From Gemmatimonadales bacterium (GTDB lineage Bacteria > Gemmatimonadota > Gemmatimonadetes > Gemmatimonadales > GWC2-71-9), in NCBI GenBank assembly GCA_035488835.1, contig DATHKX010000073.1, positions 30,690 through 94,689 of the forward strand: DNA of 64,000 nt, in the 5' to 3' direction. The position numbers and the translations under genes are program-made. Within the stretch, counting starts at the first letter, position 1. Every line of letters begins with the position of its first letter. Positions 25,533-34,024 of this stretch are shown piece after piece. Under the pieces are notes generated by a model, which saw only the letters and a list, made by a program, of their open reading frames with translations, was not told the DNA's origin and made no database searches.

Positions 25533-26238
25533 CGTATTTCAGCACCTCGATAGCCATCGCCCGCAACAGTTTCGCCTCGCGCTCGTCGAGCGGCGTGCGA
25601 TGAATCACTTCACGCAGCGTCCGCATCACGCCCTCGGCTTGACGCGTCTTGAAGAAATCGATGGCGCGGAGCGCCGCCTCGGCATCCGCGAACAGCCGCT
25701 CCAGGTCGTTCACCGTCGCCGGCGGGCCGTCGCGCCGCGGCGCCTTGAACGGCCGATCCTCGTCGCCGCGCGCCAGCGCCAGCTCGTACAACATGAGCAC
25801 GACGGCGTGCGCGAGGTTGAGGGAAGGATACGCGGAGCTCGTGGGAATGTTCACGACGCGGTGGCAGCGATCGAGCGCCTCATTGGGTAGCCCCTTGTCC
25901 TCCCGCCCGAACAGCAGCGCGACTGGGCCGGCTTCCGCACGCGCCAGAATCTCGGCGGCCGCTTCCCGCGGGCGCTGCAGATTGCGCTTGGCCGTGCGGC
26001 CTCGCGCCGTGAAGCCCACCACGTGCACGCAGTCGAGCAGCGCGTCCTCCAGGCGATCGAACCGGGCTACACGCGCCAGCACGTCCTGCGTCTGGTGCGC
26101 GATGCCCTCCACCCGATAGGCGTCGTACTCGCGCGGGCTCACCAGGCGGAGGTCGCGCAAGCCGAAATTCTTCAGCGCGCGCACCACATGGGCGATATTG
26201 ACGAGATCCTGGGGCTCGTGCAGAACGACGACGATCAT
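25492..26238 (-). CDS. trmJ: SpoU/TrmH-class tRNA 2'-O-methyltransferase, TrmJ-like
   Basis: ATG (MIVVVLHEPQDLVNIAHVVRALKNFGLRDLRLVSP) at residue 77 of ORF 25492..26466. Also has LLFGREDKGLPNEAL and VNIPT...SLNLAHAV. ATGA overlap with the upstream stop. Confidence 0.8.
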   Translation of the reverse strand: MIVVVLHEPQDLVNIAHVVRALKNFGLRDLRLVSPREYDAYRVEGIAHQTQDVLARVARFDRLEDALLDCVHVVGFTARGRTAKRNLQRPREAAAEILARAEAGPVALLFGREDKGLPNEALDRCHRVVNIPTSSAYPSLNLAHAVVLMLYELALARGDEDRPFKAPRRDGPPATVNDLERLFADAEAALRAIDFFKTRQAEGVMRTLREVIHRTPLDEREAKLLRAMAIEVLKYGERLARSRLHVDR

Positions 26239-28997
26239 CCGACCAACTCCAGCACCCCGAACCGCTCCGGGTCCTGCCGGTCGCCCCGCAAGAACACCCA
26301 CCCGTTGCCTCCGCTCCAGACCAGCTGCCCGGCGCGTCGCGTGCGGCCCGGCAGCATCTCGTTCACGAGCAGGTCGAAGCGCAGCCGTCCGCCGACATGC
26401 GCACGCTGCCACTCCGGCCAGGCGATGCCGAGCGTCACGGTGTACCCGCGGTCGGTACGCCGCCACGCGCCCCGCACGCTGCGCGGATCAGACGACGTCT
26501 CGCTGGTTGCCCGCACCCGCAGCGCGCGCGCGTCATTCTCGGGGACCACGAGGTATCCGACCGACCCGTCCCCATTCCCTCCGCGCTCATCTCCCGCGAC
26601 GTACACCTGCAGACCATCCGAATGGATGTCGTCCGGCTCGTTGTCGAGTCGCAGCGGTGGCGCGCCGCCCGGTCGGATGCACAGCTCGGGTTTCACGACG
26701 TCGATCGCCAGGTAGAGCGCGTCGTCGTCCCAGGCGGCGTGGGCGACCGCGGCAAACTCGTCGGGGCCCGCGTACGGCTCCTCGCTACGCCGATACTGAT
26801 CCTCCAGCTCGAGCCTGAGCGGCTCGCTCGTATCGAATCCGTCGAGCGTCCCGTCGAGCGGCGGGGGCGTGGCCACTCGGAGCGCGGCGCCGATGGCGGG
26901 TGTCGGCTTATCGAGCGCGAGCAGTGGCGCGAGCGGCGGCTCCGGCGCGCGCGCGCCCGCTAGCCGAATCCGTCCTGAGCTCGTCGTGATCTCCCAGCCG
27001 AGGGCCGTCGTGGCGTGGCGGTGGACGCCCTGCTCGGCCGTCTCAACCTCGATCACGCTCCCCTGCACGCGCACCGCGCGCACCAAGGCGGCGTTTCCAA
27101 CCGGCTCCAGAACCGTCACGCAGCGGGCACTCCGGCCGGTGGCGCGCACGACGTAGAACGTCTCCCGCGTCCCGTCTCCCGGCCGGCCAGGCGCTTCTGC
27201 TCGCACCAGCTCGCCGTCGAACGAGAGGAACGCCCTCAGCGCGCGCGGGCCGGCGGCCAGCTCGAGCCCGATGGGCCCCGCGCCTTCCGGGACGAGGCGC
27301 TCGACCCGCGATACGAAGTCATCCGCCAGATCGCCAGGCATCCACGTCCCCCGTTCCACGCCCCCCGTCCCGTGAAAATGCCATGGCAGCTCGAGCGTGT
27401 GCTCGGCGCGACTCGCCAGCTCCACCACATCGACCAGGTACCCCGGGCCGGAAACGACGGTGCGCGTAATCTCGCCATAGCGGCCGCGTACCCAGGCCCA
27501 CTCGCCCGAGGTGTCGAACGTCTCGCACACCGCGTCCCCCGGGGATTGGGACGCGCCGTCCAGCCGTGGCGCATTGTGCGCCAGCGTGGAGCGGTACCAG
27601 AACAGGTCGTGCGAGACATAGGAGCCCGTGCCAGGATCGGCCAGCCAGTGCACGCCATCCGCGTGCAGCGTGAGGTGCAACCGGTCGGGGTGCCCATGCC
27701 CGCCTCCGTACGGGCCGCACTCGAGGCTCACGTAGCGACTACCCGCGCGCAGCACCGCGAGACCTTGAGACTCGAGCAGGAGACTGCCGGGAACCCAGGG
27801 GGGTGCATCGGACGGAAGCTCAGGGAGCATCTCCAGCACCGACCACCAAGACAACGTGCGACGGGAAACAGGAAACGGGACACGTGGCAGCGGTGCATCA
27901 TGCAGATAGGACTCGAACAGTTCCGGCCGCGGCGCCGGCGCCTGGGACACCGCAGCGAGCCAACCCTCGAGCTCCCGTTTTCCGTTTCCCGTTTCCCGTT
28001 TCCCGAGATTCGCGAGCCCGACCTCCCACAGCTCGAGATACGCCGGTTGTGCCAAGGAAACCCCGAACCGCGAATCCTTCCGCGCGGGGAACGTGAAGTC
28101 GGGCAACGCCGTGCGCGCTGGCGCGAGCAGCGCCGCGCGAACGCGCGCCGCGAGCTTGGGCTCGGCAAAGATGTCCACGCCCGCAAGACGCGCCCACGCC
28201 GCGCCCGTCAGAAGCCCCCGCAGCGCGAAGAGGTGGTAGTTCTCTCCCTCGTACCACATCCCGTCCCGTCCGAAGCCGCGCAACAGATGCTCGAGCAGCC
28301 CGCTGGGACCTTCGATCGCGCGCTTGGCCAGGTCCTCGTCCTCGAACCAGCCGGCGATCGCGGCTAGGCCAGCGTTGTTCCAGGTCTGGCGGTTCGAGAA
28401 CCCCTCGTCGAACTCGCCGATCAGGTTCGCCGCCTCGTCGGCCACCCGGCTCACGTCCTGCGCCGTGGCGTCCTCGAGCCTGCCGCTGGCGCGCAGCAGC
28501 GCGGCCGCCGCGAGGTAGTTGCCGATCCAGATGGATTCGAGGTACGTGGAGAAGAACAACCGACTGGGCCCCAGCACGTTGTCCCGGTTGGGGTACTGCC
28601 AATAGGTCCGGCCGTACGCCCGAAGAATCTCGGTGGCCCGTGCGCCGGCCGCGTCATTGCCGTCCAGCGCCGCCAGCGTCGCCAGGTGCGCAGCGCGCTC
28701 TGCGAGCCACAAATGTTGGTAGCGAGCCCAATGACGGTCGTGCCGCTCCCCCGTGAGAGTTTTGCCGCACCGAGGGCAGCGGTGCTCGGTCGGGTTCCAC
28801 GGGTCGAAGACGAGAGCGGCGCCGTCCTCGGGGCACACGCCGCCGTCGGTCGAGAGCAGCGCCTTCGATTCCGGCACGGGCGGGAGTCGGGCCAGCAGCG
28901 GCGCCGCGCGCTCGGTGAGGTGCGCGAGCAGCGCCGCGAGATCCGGCGCCGCGGCGATCTTCTCCCGGCGCGCCGCGAGCTGCTCCGCCGTCACCAT
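26235..28997 (-). CDS. Heparinase II/III-like (polysaccharide-lyase-fold) protein with an N-terminal Cys4 ribbon and a C-terminal CBM9/DOMON-like domain; no signal peptide seen
   Basis: Real start is MVTAEQL (residue 267 of the 1186-aa ORF; ATGGTGA overlap with the kinase stop). CPEDG...CPRCG ribbon. GGGHGHPDRLHLTLHADG matches the heparinase II/III C-domain motif. The C-terminus LDGFDTSEP...AWDDDALYLAIDV is CBM9-like. Confidence 0.72.
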   Translation of the reverse strand: MVTAEQLAARREKIAAAPDLAALLAHLTERAAPLLARLPPVPESKALLSTDGGVCPEDGAALVFDPWNPTEHRCPRCGKTLTGERHDRHWARYQHLWLAERAAHLATLAALDGNDAAGARATEILRAYGRTYWQYPNRDNVLGPSRLFFSTYLESIWIGNYLAAAALLRASGRLEDATAQDVSRVADEAANLIGEFDEGFSNRQTWNNAGLAAIAGWFEDEDLAKRAIEGPSGLLEHLLRGFGRDGMWYEGENYHLFALRGLLTGAAWARLAGVDIFAEPKLAARVRAALLAPARTALPDFTFPARKDSRFGVSLAQPAYLELWEVGLANLGKRETGNGKRELEGWLAAVSQAPAPRPELFESYLHDAPLPRVPFPVSRRTLSWWSVLEMLPELPSDAPPWVPGSLLLESQGLAVLRAGSRYVSLECGPYGGGHGHPDRLHLTLHADGVHWLADPGTGSYVSHDLFWYRSTLAHNAPRLDGASQSPGDAVCETFDTSGEWAWVRGRYGEITRTVVSGPGYLVDVVELASRAEHTLELPWHFHGTGGVERGTWMPGDLADDFVSRVERLVPEGAGPIGLELAAGPRALRAFLSFDGELVRAEAPGRPGDGTRETFYVVRATGRSARCVTVLEPVGNAALVRAVRVQGSVIEVETAEQGVHRHATTALGWEITTSSGRIRLAGARAPEPPLAPLLALDKPTPAIGAALRVATPPPLDGTLDGFDTSEPLRLELEDQYRRSEEPYAGPDEFAAVAHAAWDDDALYLAIDVVKPELCIRPGGAPPLRLDNEPDDIHSDGLQVYVAGDERGGNGDGSVGYLVVPENDARALRVRATSETSSDPRSVRGAWRRTDRGYTVTLGIAWPEWQRAHVGGRLRFDLLVNEMLPGRTRRAGQLVWSGGNGWVFLRGDRQDPERFGVLELVG
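27975..28002 (-). repeat. Four tandem heptamers (plus strand CCGTTTY; coding strand RAAACGG) inside the lyase-like CDS
   Basis: Plus strand reads ccgtttt ccgtttc ccgtttc ccgtttc. On the coding strand this encodes LGKRETGNGKRE. Confidence 0.9.
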
Positions 28998-30019
28998 GCG
29001 CGGACCCCTTCGAGCGCCCACCGCACCGGGAGGACCGTCGCACCGGCGGCGCGCGCGGCGGCGATCGCGGGCGCGGGATCGTCCCCCGTGACGAAAAACA
29101 TCGAGCCTCCCGCCCCGGACCCCGCCGCCTTCCCGCCCAGCGTGCCCACGGTCTTCAACGCGCTCTCGAGCCCGGCCATTTCGGTCGTGCGCATTCCCGG
29201 ATCGAGCGTCTGCTGATGCATCCAGTTCTCCGAAAGCAGGGCCGCCACGCGGGCGACATCTCCCGCCCGCAACGCCTCCGCCATCGCGGCGGCCACGTCC
29301 TTCATCGCTCGCAACGCGCCCGCGACGCGCGGATCGCCGCGCTCGTACGCGGCCATCACGCGTGCGATCGTCGCGCCCGAGACGCGCGACCGGCCGGTGT
29401 AGCACAGCACGATCCGACGCTCGAGCGCCGTCGCGAACGCCGGATCGAGCGTGATCGGCTCGATCCCGACGTCCGGATCGCGGAACGTAAGCCGCTGAAA
29501 GCCGCCGAGCGCCGCGGCGAACTGATCCTGCTTGCCGCCGGGGATCTTCGCCTCGACGGTCTCGAGATACCACGCCTGCTCGGCGATCTCGCGCCCGGTC
29601 AACCGCTCCGCGCGCGCCTGCGCCAGGGCCGCGACGAGCGCCACGTCCATGGCTCCGGAGCTGCCGAGTCCCGATCCCGGCGGCGCGTCGCAGCGCGTCG
29701 TGATCGTGCACGCCGCCTGCACCGGGAGCATGCGCAGAGCGGCCTTCAGGAGATCGAGCCGGCCGTCGAGCACCAGGCCGCCGGAGTCCGCACACTCGAG
29801 CTCCTCACCCAAGTCTTCGGAGACGAGCCGGATCAGGCGTCCGCCGAGCCGCACCGCGACCCGCGCCGTGAGCTCGATCGCCGCATTTACGACCACGCCG
29901 CCCTCGCGCGCCGAGAACGGCGGGACATCGGTCCAGCCGCCGGCAAAGTCGAGGCGCACGGGGGCCATCCCGTGGAATTCAGTCGGCCGGTCGGGCGCTC
30001 TCACGGTGCCGGCCGCCAC
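28991..30019 (-). CDS. GHMP-family sugar kinase
   Basis: APVRLDFAGGWTDV, the GHMP motif II PPGSGLGSSGA, and GKAAGSGAGGSMFF. Start is GTG 30019 (overlaps the binding-protein stop) or ATG 29968. Confidence 0.8.
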   Translation of the reverse strand: MAAGTVRAPDRPTEFHGMAPVRLDFAGGWTDVPPFSAREGGVVVNAAIELTARVAVRLGGRLIRLVSEDLGEELECADSGGLVLDGRLDLLKAALRMLPVQAACTITTRCDAPPGSGLGSSGAMDVALVAALAQARAERLTGREIAEQAWYLETVEAKIPGGKQDQFAAALGGFQRLTFRDPDVGIEPITLDPAFATALERRIVLCYTGRSRVSGATIARVMAAYERGDPRVAGALRAMKDVAAAMAEALRAGDVARVAALLSENWMHQQTLDPGMRTTEMAGLESALKTVGTLGGKAAGSGAGGSMFFVTGDDPAPAIAAARAAGATVLPVRWALEGVRAW

Positions 30020-31440
30020 CCGGCGACGGTCGGCAACTCTCCGCGCACGTCCATCCGCACGCCGCTCACCCGGCGGTTCATCCCCTGCACGCCCCGCGCG
30101 TGGTAGAGGAACGCGACGGGGAGCGAATCCCGGAACAGGCGCTGCGCCCGCGCGGGGTCGGCGGCGGGGTGCACCCCCGCGAGGTCGGCGAGCGTCGTCA
30201 GGTAGCCGAGTCCCGGATCGCCCGGCGTGCCAACCACCGCGGCCGCGAAGTCCCGCTGCCGGCTGTTCACCCGCGCGAGGAACGCCGTGAGTTCGAGCTG
30301 CCGGATTGCGACGTCGAAGCCCACGGCAGCGAGCCGGGCCTGAATCATCTGCTCGAGCGCCGCTTCACCGCTCCCGACGGTGAGCAGCTCGAACGCGATG
30401 CGACGGCCGCCCAGCAATCGCCGCGCGGAGTCCGGGGCTGTGGGAACGGGACGCACCGGGACATAGCCGGGAACATCCGGTGGCACCGGGCCGTCCGCGA
30501 CCGAGCCGAAGCCGTACAGGTAGCCGTCCACGATCTCGCGGCGATCGAGCGCGAGCGCAACGGCGAGCCGCATGCGGGGATCGTCGAACGGCGGCCGGCG
30601 CGTGTTGAAGACGATCCCGTACGGCATGATCAGCGGGTAGTCGAGCACCGTCAGCGCGGGGTTCTTGCGGACGAACGCGGCGTGCGCGGGCTGGATGCCG
30701 GCGAAATCGACCTCGCCCGCCGTGAGCGCGGCGAGCTTGGTCGTCGGCTCATCCACGACGACGACGAGGAACCGCTCGAGTGCCGGCGGTCCGCCGAGGG
30801 CGGCTGGGAAGTCGGGGTTGGCGGCGAACACCCAGCGGCGGCCCGGCTCGTGTGCCACGAAGCGGAACGGCCCGTTTCCGACCGGGTGCTCGTTCCAGGC
30901 GGCGCGTCGCAGCTCCGTTCGGGGAATCGAGTCGAGCAGGCGGGCGGGGAGGATGGCGAGGTCGGTGAGCACGTCCGGAATCGAAGTCTGCGGGCGACTG
31001 AACCGCACCACCACGGTCGAGTCATCCGGGTCGTTCACGAACGCCACGTCCGCGAAGTCGTTCAGGCGCGCGTACCCGGTCGCAGCGTCGCGGGCGGCGG
31101 AGATCGTCCAGGCGACGTCGCGCGCGGTCGTCGGCGTGCCATCGTGCCAGCGGACACCCGGCTGCAGTCGAAAGGTCAGCGCGCGGTTATCCGCGGACCA
31201 TGTCCACGAGCGCGCGAGGTAAGGCCGGGGCACCAGCGCCGAGTCGTAGCGCACCAGCGTCATGAGCAGCACGTAGCGCTCCACCTGCTTGGCGAGCGGG
31301 AGCACGGTGAGCAGGGGGTTCACGCTCGGGAGGTCGGCGCCCGAAGCGTAGACCACCGTGCGACCCCGGTGTGCGGCTCCCTGCCCGCACGCCGCGATCA
31401 CCATCCCCCCGGTCACCAGCCACAGCGCTCGTTGCCGCAC
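30001..31440 (-). CDS. ABC transporter substrate-binding protein, family 5 (Dpp/Opp-type)
   Basis: Signal/lipobox MVIAAC. Length and segments (VRWHDGTPTTARDVAWT, PVGNGPF) are typical of SBP family 5. Confidence 0.85.
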   Translation of the reverse strand: MRQRALWLVTGGMVIAACGQGAAHRGRTVVYASGADLPSVNPLLTVLPLAKQVERYVLLMTLVRYDSALVPRPYLARSWTWSADNRALTFRLQPGVRWHDGTPTTARDVAWTISAARDAATGYARLNDFADVAFVNDPDDSTVVVRFSRPQTSIPDVLTDLAILPARLLDSIPRTELRRAAWNEHPVGNGPFRFVAHEPGRRWVFAANPDFPAALGGPPALERFLVVVVDEPTTKLAALTAGEVDFAGIQPAHAAFVRKNPALTVLDYPLIMPYGIVFNTRRPPFDDPRMRLAVALALDRREIVDGYLYGFGSVADGPVPPDVPGYVPVRPVPTAPDSARRLLGGRRIAFELLTVGSGEAALEQMIQARLAAVGFDVAIRQLELTAFLARVNSRQRDFAAAVVGTPGDPGLGYLTTLADLAGVHPAADPARAQRLFRDSLPVAFLYHARGVQGMNRRVSGVRMDVRGELPTVAGWRPAP

Positions 31441-31485
31441 GCTCGGATTCTAGCGGGGCCCCGCGGGTCGCGCGAGATTCGGCGT

Positions 31486-32460
31486 ATGCTCACCCACCTC
31501 GGGACCCGCGCCCTGGCCGGGGCCATCGTCGTCACCGGGGTCGTCACGCTCACGTTCCTGCTGGTGCGGCTCGCGCCGGGGGACCCTGTGGAGCGCTTGC
31601 TCGGGCCGACCGCCACACCCACGCAGCTCGCGGCCCAACGCCGCGCCCTCGGCCTCGATCGACCCCTCGCCGCGCAGTACGCCATCTGGCTCGGCCGCTT
31701 CGCCCGTGGAGACTGGGGCCGGAGCATCGCTACGGGCCGCCCGGTGCGTGCCCTGCTGGGCGATGCGGTGCCCGCCACGCTCGCGCTCGTGGGCACCTCA
31801 CTCGTCTTGAGCTACCTGCTCGGCCTCGCAGTCGGGGCCTGGCAGTCCGGCGCGGGGCCGCGCGTCGACACGGCGCTCTCCATCACCACCGTCACGCTGT
31901 TCGCGCTGCCGGGATATTGGCTCGGGCTCATGCTCGTGATGGCATTCACGTACTGGGCGCACTGGCTCCCCGCATTCGGCGCGGCCGGCCTCGACGCCGA
32001 CGGGCTCACGGGCTGGAGCCGCATCGCCGATCGACTACGCCACTTCGCGCTACCACTCGCCACACTCACGCTGATCGGCGTCGGCGGAGCCGCGCGGTTC
32101 GTACGCGGCGCGATGCGTGACGTCATGAGGCAGCCGTTCGTAACGACCGCGGCGGCGAAGGGGCTCTCGCCGTTTCAAGTCATGCGGCGGCACGTTGCCC
32201 GAAACGCGTTCATCCCGGTGATCACGCTGATCGGACTGTCGTTGCCCGCGCTGTTCTCCGGTGCAGTGCTGGTGGAGGCCGTGTTCGCATGGCCCGGCGT
32301 GGGCCGGCGCCTCGTCGAGGCGGTCCAGGCCCGCGACTACCCCGTGGTCATGGCAGCCACCGCGGTTACCGCCGTGTTGGTCGTCGCGGGAAACCTGCTG
32401 ACCGACGTGGGCGTCGCGTGGATCGACCCCCGCATACGGCGTGGAAGGGGCGACACGTGA
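31486..32460 (+). CDS. ABC transporter permease, DppB/OppB-like
   Basis: ATG internal to ORF 30100..32460 (MLTHLGTRALAGAIVVTGVVTLTFLLVRLAPGDP). BPD_transp_1 topology. Confidence 0.9.
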   Translation: MLTHLGTRALAGAIVVTGVVTLTFLLVRLAPGDPVERLLGPTATPTQLAAQRRALGLDRPLAAQYAIWLGRFARGDWGRSIATGRPVRALLGDAVPATLALVGTSLVLSYLLGLAVGAWQSGAGPRVDTALSITTVTLFALPGYWLGLMLVMAFTYWAHWLPAFGAAGLDADGLTGWSRIADRLRHFALPLATLTLIGVGGAARFVRGAMRDVMRQPFVTTAAAKGLSPFQVMRRHVARNAFIPVITLIGLSLPALFSGAVLVEAVFAWPGVGRRLVEAVQARDYPVVMAATAVTAVLVVAGNLLTDVGVAWIDPRIRRGRGDT

Positions 32461-33305
32461 GGAGACTGTGGCGGGACCGCCGGACCGCGTTCGGCGTGGC
32501 GGTGCTCGCGATCGTGACCGGCGCGGCGGTCGCGGGGCCGCTCGTCTCGACCGGCAGTCCCACGGCGCAGCACGACATCGTGGCGACGCGGTTTCTGCGG
32601 CCCCTCGTCACGGACCACTCCGGCAGCTTCCATCCGCTGGGCACCGACCGCTTCGGGCGTGACGTGTGGACGCGGCTGGTCTACGGCGCGCGGGTCTCAC
32701 TCGCCGTCGGGGCGCTCGCCGTGCTGCTGTCGGTCATGATCGGCGTGCTGGTGGGCGGAGTAGCAGGCTTCTGGCCGGGCCCCGTGCGGACGTCGCTGCT
32801 CGCGCTCACGGACTTCGCCCTCGCGCTGCCGCGCGTCGTACTACTGCTGCTGCTCGCGGCCATGGCCCGGCCGAGCGCCGCGCTGGTCATCGTGGTGCTG
32901 GGTCTCACCGGCTGGATGTCGGTGGCGCGACTGGTGCACGGGGAGGTGCGCTCGCTCGCCGCCCGCCCGTTCGTCGAGGGAGCCGTCGCGCTCGGGGTGC
33001 CGCGGGGTCGCGTGCTGGTGCGCCACATCCTCCCCAACGCCCTCACGCCCGTGATCGTCTCGGCGGCGCTCGGCCTGGGGAATGCGATCGGGCTCGAAGC
33101 CAGCCTGTCGTTCCTGGGGCTCGGCGTCCAGCCGCCGACACCGTCGTGGGGCAACATGATCGCATCGGGACGGGACACACTGGTCAATGCCCCATGGGTC
33201 GCGGCGGCGCCGGGGATCGCGCTGGTGCTGGTGGTCGTGGCCTGCACGTTGCTGGGGGACGCCCTGCAGGATGCGCTGGACCCTAGGTCGTCGCGAGCTC
33301 CTTGA
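32457..33305 (+). CDS. ABC transporter permease, DppC/OppC-like
   Basis: GTG start forms a GTGA overlap with the dppB-like stop. HPLGTDRFGRDVWTRLVYGARVSL is a typical DppC N-terminal motif. Confidence 0.9.
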   Translation: MRRLWRDRRTAFGVAVLAIVTGAAVAGPLVSTGSPTAQHDIVATRFLRPLVTDHSGSFHPLGTDRFGRDVWTRLVYGARVSLAVGALAVLLSVMIGVLVGGVAGFWPGPVRTSLLALTDFALALPRVVLLLLLAAMARPSAALVIVVLGLTGWMSVARLVHGEVRSLAARPFVEGAVALGVPRGRVLVRHILPNALTPVIVSAALGLGNAIGLEASLSFLGLGVQPPTPSWGNMIASGRDTLVNAPWVAAAPGIALVLVVVACTLLGDALQDALDPRSSRAP

Positions 33306-33942
33306 GTACGGCCTCGTTGAGCTCGTGGCCTCCATCGAACGGAATCTCCCTGTAGGGAATTTCGTGCTGGCGGAGCCGCCCCGTGATCCCGTCGACGACC
33401 TTCGGCGTCATGAACTGGTCCGCCCGGCCGTACACGAGCGACACACGGGCCGACCTGAGTCGTCCCGCGGCCGGCTCGAGCGTGAGGTCCAAGTCAGGCG
33501 GAAACTCGCCGCCCCACAATGTGAGACGATCGATCTGAGCGTTCCCCAGTGCCGCCCAGCGGCTGACCGTGGAGGCTCCTTGAGAATATCCCAGTGCGTG
33601 CAGGGTCACGTGCGCGCGAGCGAGGGACCCGAACACGTCCGCGTATACGGCATCGAGGTACCGCACGTAGTCATCGATCTCGGCGAGCCGATCCTCCCGC
33701 GTCATCCAGCTCGCGCCGACGCGCCGCTCCGTGGGACTCTCGCTCAGGTAGAACCGGGACAGGCCCTCCGGCGCCACGAGGTAACGCCGCCCGTCGTCGA
33801 GCACGCGCAGCTTCTCCAGGAATCGACCTGCGAGCTGACCATATCCGTGGCACGCAAACCAGACCTCCCCCACCCCCCGCGAGCTGTCGCCCAGGGTGAA
33901 GTAGCGTGCGCTACGAGTCACTCCGATGTGGTGCTCCTGCAT
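33283..33942 (-). CDS. Alpha/beta hydrolase (carboxylesterase/phospholipase-like)
   Basis: ATG (MQEHHIG...) at residue 26 of ORF 33283..34017. Nucleophile elbow GYSQG. The upstream 25 codons of the ORF are translation of a repeat element. Confidence 0.7.
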   Translation of the reverse strand: MQEHHIGVTRSARYFTLGDSSRGVGEVWFACHGYGQLAGRFLEKLRVLDDGRRYLVAPEGLSRFYLSESPTERRVGASWMTREDRLAEIDDYVRYLDAVYADVFGSLARAHVTLHALGYSQGASTVSRWAALGNAQIDRLTLWGGEFPPDLDLTLEPAAGRLRSARVSLVYGRADQFMTPKVVDGITGRLRQHEIPYREIPFDGGHELNEAVLKELATT

Positions 33943-33954
33943 CTTCCCACCCCC

Positions 33955-34024
33955 AATGCGGAATGCGGAGTGCGGAATCGACATCCACCCTTCAATTCCG
34001 CATTCCGAATTCCGCATTCCGCAC
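33955..34024. repeat. Imperfect inverted repeat (hairpin) built from tandem 7-nt units CGGAATG
   Basis: Left arm aatgcggaatgcggagtgcggaat (33955-33978). Loop cgacatccacccttca. Right arm attccgcattccgaattccgcattccgcac (33995-34024). The right arm abuts the TAA stop (34025-34027) of the GH38 gene. Confidence 0.8.

Noticed and set aside
28998-29795. N-terminal 266 residues of the 1186-aa ORF 26235..29795, and analogous long N-terminal extensions of ORFs 13198..14499, 14076..15683, 16539..17567, 17339..18298, 34025..36922, 53382..55448 and 55484..58354
   Set aside because: The extensions overlap the well-supported upstream genes in another frame and are Arg-rich nonsense. Internal starts that create ATGA/GTGA-type coupling and sensible N-termini or signal peptides fit better.
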